A stretch of 16,594 nucleotides of DNA. Source: Macrostomum lignano (Eukaryota). The DNA lies in the NCBI GenBank assembly GCA_002269645.1, contig NIVC01005252.1:1-16594 (forward strand), given 5' to 3'. The notes below the pieces were generated by a model that did not search any database, was not told the origin of the DNA, and saw only the letters and a list, made by a program, of their open reading frames with translations. Made by a program: the position numbers and the translations under genes. How positions within the stretch are numbered: the stretch's first letter is position 1; every line of letters starts with the position of its first letter. Of this stretch, positions 9,291-16,149 are shown one piece after another.

Positions 9291-9623
9291 ATGTTTGCAG
9301 TCAATCGAGAGTTGCCTGTCTCGGGCCTAGTGCATGATGACACCCTAAACCGCACCGACGGCACCGGCTTCACAGCCATCTGGAGGCTGTCTGACGCCTC
9401 AGGGATGCGGCGTTACCTGCATGACAGCCGAAGGGTACCTATGGAGCGATACCGGCCCTTTTATCGCTCAGGCAGTAAAAACGCTGAGCACTTTATCTGC
9501 CCCTGCCCGCGGATTTCAACAGTGCCAGCTAGGCTCAACTCACCTCAAGCCAAACCCGGTGCTCTCCGACACTGCAGTTGCAGGCACGGTATTATTCAAT
9601 TGTACACTATAGGAACTGCATGA
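9291..9623 (+). other. GC-rich island with a 110-aa ORF of unknown nature (coding exon, structured ncRNA or TE fragment)
   Basis: Open frame with C-ending codon runs (AAC CGC ACC GAC GGC ACC GGC TTC), no recognised family, and several local hairpins. Confidence 0.25.
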
Positions 9624-9646
9624 TGAAAGCAATTGAATAATACCGT
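9586..9646. repeat. Perfect 17-bp inverted repeat ACGGTATTATTCAATTG / CAATTGAATAATACCGT with a 27-nt spacer
   Basis: Arms at 9586-9602 and 9630-9646 are exact reverse complements. Confidence 0.95.
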
Positions 9647-10972
9647 TCCCCGCGCGAGTTGCGTAACTTGCAGTTGCGATCGGAGAGAACTGGTTCACTA
9701 GATCACTGAATGAATTCCAGACAATGCGCCAACAGTCAAAAGTTCCACCCACCAAGCAAAGATATTTTTATTCATATTTTACCGTGCATTTTAAATGAGA
9801 AGTTTCTCTCTAACTATGCGTGATTTGTACAGGTGGATTTGTACTATAGTCTATAGATTGGACTTCATATGTTACATGTACCACGTCGTTTGTAATAGAT
9901 CTAGTACTGCATACGGAATGGAAAAAACGAACAATCAAACTCTATCTGGGAACCAACCAAAGACATGTAACTCGTACATGTACATGAGATGCAAAATTTG
10001 CAATGCAAACAGACTTTCATTGCCTGGAGAAAATTTTCCCGACTACATGTATATTCCTGCTTGTACATGTAACACAAGTTCGTACAAAGTTTGTTCATGA
10101 GGACAGAGAACCTGAGTTTGGCAGCTTTAACCCAACTCTATAGCTAGAACTCTTCCTCTGCACCAATCTTAAAAACCTTGTGACGCAAATTGCATCATGC
10201 GCCAACAGTTGAGACGAGAACCGCGGGGGGGGGGGGGTGAATTGCGTCACTTGGAGCTGAGATCTGAGAAAGCTTCGTTGACCTACTGGTTTCGAGATGG
10301 AATCTTGATTCTCGTTGCTGTGTGCATGTACATACAACTCAAATAGTCAATAATTTGATTCTGCCTTGATAAAAATTATCTCAAAAATAAAAATGATCGA
10401 ACGCAATATCTCGTATCTTTGTGGTCGTAATTAAGTTAATTAACTTTATCATGCTTTCATTGTATGACCTAAAAGACAAACTTTTATATAATTAACCTGC
10501 ACAGATCTATTTGATAGTTAATTATCAATCCCAATCAACTCCAGCTGGGGTTGTTAGGGCATTTAGTTTGCGACAATTATCATCATGAAGTAAACTCTCA
10601 CTCAAATGTGCAGTGTAAGATTATTATTCTACTTTGCACTTCTCACACAGCGGCTTAGCAGCATTCTGATTCTGATTGGCCCTGCTCTTGGCCTGGTGGA
10701 TTATATAACAAATATCGATTATTTCACGGGCCCCACCAGCCCCCCTCTCTAGTTGTACAGGGGAAATGAAATGTACATGCGATTTAAGGCTGGAGCCGGC
10801 TTGCGTCAAAATATACTGCTGGCTTGAGCCAAGGTGCGAATATTGGTGGCGACGGGGTGGGTGCGGGGAGCCCCCTAATGTTTATCGGTGGGCTTTAAAG
10901 GAAGCCGCCGCGCCCTCCCGCTGGGTTTGTGTGGAGGAGTCTCGCAGTCAGCTTTTCACTTGTGCGGCTTCA

Positions 10973-10980
10973 TATAAATA
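10973..10980 (+). promoter_or_regulatory. Candidate TATA box (TATAAATA) for the CPEB gene
   Basis: Exact TATAWAWR match downstream of a GC-rich block. It implies a TSS near 11003, and there is no ATG between that point and ATG 11114. Confidence 0.45.
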
Positions 10981-11113
10981 TCGATCAAACGCGCCGGCTG
11001 GAAAGGGTGGCTGTAATTATACCGATTTTTACTCGGCTTTAAAAGGGACTCCCCCAAACTAGGAAGCCATTTGAGATAAAAAACTGTCTGCGCAGCGCCT
11101 CCTTTGCCAGCAT

Positions 11114-11125
11114 ATGGATCAACAT
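11114..11125 (+). CDS. CPEB1: CPEB coding micro-exon 1 (MDQH)
   Basis: ATG GAT CAA CAT|GTAAGC is a strong phase-0 donor, in frame with the next exon. An upstream in-frame TAG lies at 11060. Confidence 0.6.
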
Positions 11126-11232
11126 GTAAGCATTAATTTCCTGTTGTTAGTGCTATATCGCTAAAACAATCTGGCAAAACGCGCAGAATAGCAATTTTTT
11201 CAACACTCTTGTTGCGTCTCTGTTTGTTGCAG

Positions 11233-11335
11233 AAAGGAAAAGACAACAGCGGACTGAACAGCCTCATTCACTCCATGATTCTGGATCACACGCTTGGCGA
11301 CTCCACTGCCGACTCTGGGACGCTAAAGTTTGAGA
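11233..11335 (+). CDS. CPEB1: CPEB coding exon 2 (KGKDNSGLNSLIHSMILDHTLGDSTADSGTLKFES)
   Basis: Acceptor TGTTTGTTGCAG| at 11232; donor A|GTACGT at 11335/11336 (phase 1) joins GCGCAG|GC at 11578 in frame. Confidence 0.7.
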
Positions 11336-11577
11336 GTACGTGCACACTTTGCTTGCTTTAGTCTGCGCCTTTTCTTGTCTCGCATTTATTGAATCTGCAC
11401 CGTGACGAAACTTTGAAAAAGCCCCCCCCCCCGAGTCCCCGACTTAAATAGGCTCAAACAGTTGAAGAAACATCTGTCCAAATTTTAGGCTAAAGCGGCA
11501 ACAGAATTCCTTTCCCGCTCGTCATCTGATTTCTCAATGCTGAAAACCAGTCTCCCACCCACCCCGGATTTGCGCAG

Positions 11578-13346
11578 GCTCCGACATGAATAACAACAGC
11601 ATCTGGTCCATGCACCACGACCACTACGCCAGTCCCAATCCGCTGCAGTCTCTGTTCGGCATCCAGAGCCTGGGCACGGGTCTCACCCCAACTCCAACCA
11701 ATGAGAACATGAATCTGGCGGCAGCCAACTCTCCCTCTGTGTCGTCCGCTATGCAGACGCCCAAGACCAATCTAGAGGCGGCTGGCTTTCGCGCGATTCG
11801 CAGCTCCCAGCACAGCGGCCGTAAGAGCGGCAATACGTCTATGGGCTCCGAGCCAATGGACTCCAGCGGCATTTCCAGCGGCACGGACTTATCCGACTCG
11901 ATTTTCGGCGGCGAAGGCGGACAGCAGCAGCAGCAGCAGAAAACCGCGGCGAGCCAAGCCGAGAGTGCGCAGCATCAGCAACAGCAAGCGCACCAGTCGC
12001 CTCACCAGCAGCAGCAACAGCAGTCCAACAATCGCCAGTTCAACCACCAGCAGCAGCAGCAGCACCAAGCCAGCAGCCTGACCGAGGCTCAGAAGGCACA
12101 AATGCAGAGCCAGGCGGCACTCGCCCAGCTGCTGAGCAACCCAGCTGTAAGCGTCGCCTATGGCCAACAGCAGCAGCCGCCTCTGGTGCCACCGGGAGCT
12201 GCCGCGGCCACCGGCTTCAACCAGGACCTCATCAGGGCCTACTGGCTAGAAGAGATGAGACGCCAGCAGCAGGAGACTCAACTGCAGCTCTACAGCGCGG
12301 AGCTTCTGAAGCTGTTCAATACCGGAAGCCAGTATCCGTACCAATGGCCGGGCAATAATCCAGCTGCAGCTGCCGCTGCCGCCGCCGCTGCCGCATCGGT
12401 TATTGGCAGCAGCGCCCAGCTGCCCGGTGCTCCAGGAGCTGGCGGACCGCCATCCGCTGCCGCCGCCGCTGCTGCGGCCGCAGCAAACCAGTCGCTCCGT
12501 GCGGTCACCTCATCGGAGCAGCAGATGGAAGGCGCCGCCGGGTCCTCGCTGGCCCTGGCAGCTGCAGCGGCTGCTTCCGGAGCCCGCGGCGGTGGAGCCG
12601 GCCAGCCGAACTACCACGAGGAAGTGTCCTCCATGGCGGCGCTCTACCGAAACTTGATGACAAACAGCGACGACGAGATTGAGAAGGCGGCCAGCTTCTA
12701 CCGGAACTCGGCCTCGACGAGCGACGCGCACCACCACTGGTCTGGCAAGCTGCCCGTTCGCGTCTACAAAAATGCCATCTTCTCGCGCAAAGTCTTTCTC
12801 GGCGGTGTGCCCTGGGACGTCAGCGACCTCGACCTGCAGCAGGCTTTCCTGCGCTTCGGCACTCTGCAGGTGCTCTGGCCGGCTCGCGAGGCCTCGAACG
12901 TGCAGATTCGCTCGTCACCGAGAGGCTACTGCTATCTGATCTTCGACCAAGAGCTCTCCGTGCGCAACCTGCTCAAGCAATGCACCCGCGACGCCACTAA
13001 CATCGGCGAGTACTATTTCAAGATCAGCAGCAGCAAGATGAAGGCCAAGGAGGTGCAGGTGATCCCCTGGTGCATCAACGATTCTCAGTTCACCAAGCAG
13101 GGCTCGCACAGGCTGGACGCCAAGCGCACAGTGTTCATCGGCGCTCTGCACGGCATGATCACCGCCGAGGCGCTCGCCACCATCATGAACGACCTGTTCG
13201 GCAACGTGGCCTTCGCCGCCCTGGACACTGACAAGTACAAGTACCCCATTGGCTCCGGCCGGGTGGCCTTCACCAGCCAGCGCTCCTACATGAAAGCTGT
13301 GCAAGCCAACTTTGTCGAGGTGCGCACGGCTAAGTTCACCAAGACG
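11578..13346 (+). CDS. CPEB1: CPEB (CPEB1/Orb clade) exon 3: low-complexity N-terminal region plus RRM1 and RRM2
   Basis: IEKAASFYRNSA..WSGKLP..SRKVFLGGVPWD (RRM1), RGYCYLIF, KEVQVIPW, TVFIGALHGMITAEAL..DLFG..DTDKYKYPIGSGRVAF. 'GALHGM' distinguishes the CPEB1 clade from CPEB2-4 'GGVPRP'. Donor ACG|GTAAGC at 13346/13347; the supplied ORF reads on into the intron. Confidence 0.95.
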
Positions 13347-13837
13347 GTAAGCTCTGGAGAGTTCATTCTGTTTACTTGCCGGTTTACAGGTAGATAGATT
13401 AGCCAACTTTTAGTTCAGTTAGCAAGTTAAACTCGCAGAGGCCCTCTTACGACGGTCTCTTTCACACCAAACGTTTGTCCCGCGCCCCACCGTAAAGTTT
13501 GATAATGCCTAAAGCGGCCCATTCAGTTAGTATTGTAATTTGTTTTTTTTGATGGTCATATAACACTATACAGCAGGTTTTAGGTTGCTCAAAACACGAC
13601 GACTCAATTGGAACCAAATGTACAAGGAAAGCAAAGTACAGAAACTTTATATATTTAGCTTGTTTCTGTTTTCTTCATCTGATATTTATCAACAGATTCT
13701 TGAAGCCGCCCGAAATCTACGTATTACGAGAGGTTTAAAAATTTAACAAAAAACTTGTTTTACTCTACTTACAGCAGTAGTCTGACACGCTTGCAATCGT
13801 TACATTTATTTGCTTCTAATTAAAAACTTCATCCCAG

Positions 13838-14041
13838 ATTCAAATCGACCCGTACCTGGAGGACAGCATGTGCAACCACTGCTTCGTGTCGCCCGGCATC
13901 TACTTCTGCCGCGCTTTCGAGTGCTTTCGTTACTTCTGCCCGAGCTGCTGGAACCTGTGGCACGGCAACGGCTCCGACCAGGTGTACTCGCACAAGCCGC
14001 TGCGCCGCACCTTCAAGACCAACCTGCCCGACAAGAAGTGA
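13838..14041 (+). CDS. CPEB1: CPEB exon 4: end of RRM2 and ZZ zinc-binding domain
   Basis: Acceptor TCCCAG|ATT. Translates IQIDPYLEDSMCNHC..YFCRAFECFRYFCPSCWNLWH..HKPLRRTFKTNLPDKK*, the CPEB C6H2 pattern. Confidence 0.94.
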   Translation: MQIDPYLEDSMCNHCFVSPGIYFCRAFECFRYFCPSCWNLWHGNGSDQVYSHKPLRRTFKTNLPDKK

Positions 14042-14212
14042 GCAATGGGAACAAGACAGTTTTTGTGCATCGCAAGTGCAATTTGCATATTTTTCACCGG
14101 ACTAGCGCCGCTTTTGAATTAGAGGACCGGCGTTGTTTCTAAAGCTTTGTTTGTTCTTTGTTCTCTTAGCTTACCGTACGGATCTTTTTGTTTAGATTTT
14201 GTTCATTCGACA

Positions 14213-14256
14213 TTTTTATCAAAAAAATGAAAAAAATTCTATTAAAAACGAATAAA
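14213..14256 (+). promoter_or_regulatory. CPEB 3' UTR: CPE TTTTTAT (14213-14219), ATTAAA (14241) and AATAAA (14251-14256) poly(A) signal
   Basis: Motifs read directly; followed by a GT/T-rich downstream element at ~14261-14278. Confidence 0.6.
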
Positions 14257-15112
14257 AAATATTGTTTTTAGTTTTTCCCCTTGGTGTTAGTGCTTCCACA
14301 GCAATCCCGCTCCCCAGTGCCACGCCAATAGCCGTTACTCAATGCTCCCTGCCCTTCGCTGCCTCGGCAATATTATTCGGCACTTTCTCACCGAAACTTC
14401 AGTTTAAGATTTTTTGCGCTGCGAAAGATCTGCTTGCCTTTTGCAAAACGCTTTTTCATATCATAGTTCCGAAGTTGGTTCGAGACTGCCAGAAACTGCC
14501 AGCTTGGATCGATTGAAATTTATAGACTAACAAAAAGCTTGCAAAAGCACGCAAATTCTTTTGCCAGCTTTTAAAAATGAAAACTTTTCAAATTGGCGCT
14601 TTTTTGTTTAAATAGCCTCTTGTGGCGAAATTTCCATTTTTTACGGTATGCAGTGAACTTCGTCAACTTGTTTTACTGTTATAACAAATTCGAAATATTT
14701 TGCTCAGAAATCTAATGCTTTCGCTTCCGTTTAGAAACTTTTTATTGATTCAAATTGCAAAACTTTGCTCATCGGGTCAGAAATTTTTATTATAGTAAAA
14801 ATATGGTGGCATAATTCAGATTTCGCCCTCTATCTTGCCTACCATTGCACGCCCTTGTTTGACTCGTTTTCTAAATAACTATTTTTAATATTTTACTAGA
14901 TTTTAATAACGCTCCGTGGTACATCGATGCAATCTGTGGGAAAGCTCCGGTTCATTCTAAATTGTTTGAAGTTTACTCTTTTGTTTTCAGAAATAAGAAC
15001 CCGTCAAACTTTTTATGCCATATCTAAAAAAGGAAGAGGCTTTGGTGTTCCTTATTTTTTAGTACATTTTATTGACATGCAAATGGAGCAAGCGCCATCG
15101 ATAGTGTAACAC

Positions 15113-15430
15113 GGCCAGCCAATCGAGAACGGCGATGAAATGACTGCCAATCAAATAGCTTTTTGTAAAGGGAAAGAATCTTATGCCGGCCAATCAATGC
15201 TCGTAGAAGTAAAGGGACAGAAAGGAAGTGGTGTTCAGCTTGGTTAGGAGACTAAAATAATGGTAGCGGCCAGCCAATCGGAGAGCTTGATTAGGATAGC
15301 GGCCAGCCAATTAGAGAGCTTGGTTAGGAGACGAAAATAACGATAGCGGTCAGCCAATCGGAGAGCTTGATTAGGAGACTGAAAATAAGGATGGCGGCCA
15401 GCCAAGCAGAGATTTGAGAAGGCCAATCAG
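15113..15430. repeat. Degenerate 32-49-bp repeat (GCGGCCAGCCAATCGGAGAGCTTGATTAGG..) carrying 7 same-strand CCAAT boxes
   Basis: CCAAT at 15119, 15147, 15190, 15274, 15307, 15354 and 15423; clear tandem copies between 15236 and 15410. Confidence 0.85.
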
Positions 15431-15545
15431 TAGCAGCGAGATCCGACAGCAGCTTAACTGTGTCCACAAAAAGCAAAGTTGAAGATTTATTCTGCCTCTA
15501 ATAGCTGGGTATAGAACTTTAAAGTTCTCAAATCATTGCGGCCAG

Positions 15546-15551
15546 TTTATT
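15546..15551 (-). promoter_or_regulatory. AATAAA poly(A) signal ~95 nt after the stop of the minus-strand ORF (second one at ~15487)
   Basis: TTTATT on the plus strand at 15546-15551. Confidence 0.4.
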
Positions 15552-15645
15552 TGTTTGCCAGTTTAAAGCAGGCTATGGCTGTTTGCAACTGGGATATTGT
15601 TTAACAGTTTGAGTCATTGTTAATTAGAGTCGGGTGATGCAAATG

Positions 15646-16041
15646 TCAAACATGGCTGACATCACCATCATCAGGCTTAGCCACGGTAGGCTTCTTGGCT
15701 TTAGCGTGATACCACCTGGAACGGGCGCAAACCGGTAGCTTTCTATTGAAATTGCCACGCTGCACCAGCACCTGGCACATCAGGATAATTAAGATCAGAT
15801 AGATGGCGACAGTAGTGTTAATAAGCCATAACAGCGCAAGTTGCACCTGCCCGAACACGGTTGGTTCAGCGGCGGATTCTAGTCGCGGCGCCGACTTGAT
15901 GCACCTGATTGCTGGAAAACCACACATAGTAAAGTTGCACCGCACAGTGCACCCAAGCTTGTAGATTGGAGTTGAAGCGCCAATGTCAACTACAAGCAGC
16001 GAAATTGCTAATGCGAAGCAAACTCTGCTCAGCCTCAGCAT
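15646..16041 (-). CDS. Orphan small secreted or single-pass protein (signal peptide plus Cys cluster); possible in-frame 75-nt intron at 15846..15772
   Basis: ACAATG start context; hydrophobic N-terminus MLRLSRVCFALAISLLVVDIGAS; CTVRCNFTMCGFPAIRC; downstream AATAAA. No family recognised. Confidence 0.5.
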   Translation of the reverse strand: MLRLSRVCFALAISLLVVDIGASTPIYKLGCTVRCNFTMCGFPAIRCIKSAPRLESAAEPTVFGQVQLALLWLINTTVAIYLILIILMCQVLVQRGNFNRKLPVCARSRWYHAKAKKPTVAKPDDGDVSHV

Positions 16042-16149
16042 TGTTGCTCTCGAATTTTTATTGCAGGAAGCCTAAAATTGCGCGGATAGTGGGTCACAGA
16101 TGCGAGCTATGGAGTAGCGGTGTTGAAATAGAGAATTATACATGCAGCG

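Noticed and set aside
9344-9352. CCCTAAACC resembling a telomerase RNA template
   Set aside because: It would template TTTAGGG (plant type), covers little more than one repeat, and no pseudoknot or H/ACA support was seen.
9485-9560. Pol III A/B-box-like words on the minus strand (TGGCTTGAGGTG ... GTTGAAATCC), tRNA or SINE idea
   Set aside because: Both boxes are mismatched and no cloverleaf can be drawn.
9795-11062. ORFs 9795..10100, 9901..10098, 10095..10337, 10624..10809, 10766..11062
   Set aside because: Low-complexity or promoter-region frames with no recognisable domains or splice continuity. 10766..11062 shares the CPEB frame but ends at a TAG and lies mostly upstream of the likely TSS.
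11624-13406. Long antisense and alternative-frame ORFs over CPEB exon 3 (e.g. 12915..13406)
   Set aside because: Expected by-product of strong GC3 codon bias and CAG/GCN repeats.
13451-13461. GACGGTCTCTT (plus CCGTAAAG at ~13490 and GACTCAATT at ~13601) resemble pieces of a flatworm spliced-leader sequence as I remember it (unverified)
   Set aside because: Fragments are short, out of order and not followed by a donor or Sm site; compatible with chance.
11336-13837. Search for an HDV-like (mammalian CPEB3-type) ribozyme in the CPEB introns (11336-11577, 13347-13837)
   Set aside because: No nested double-pseudoknot pairing found by eye, and this gene is CPEB1 clade. A descriptor search (RNArobo or Infernal) would be decisive.
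13810-15109. ORFs 13810..14142, 14262..14516, 14927..15109
   Set aside because: The first is the wrong frame over CPEB exon 4. The others lie in or after the 3' UTR and show no coding evidence.
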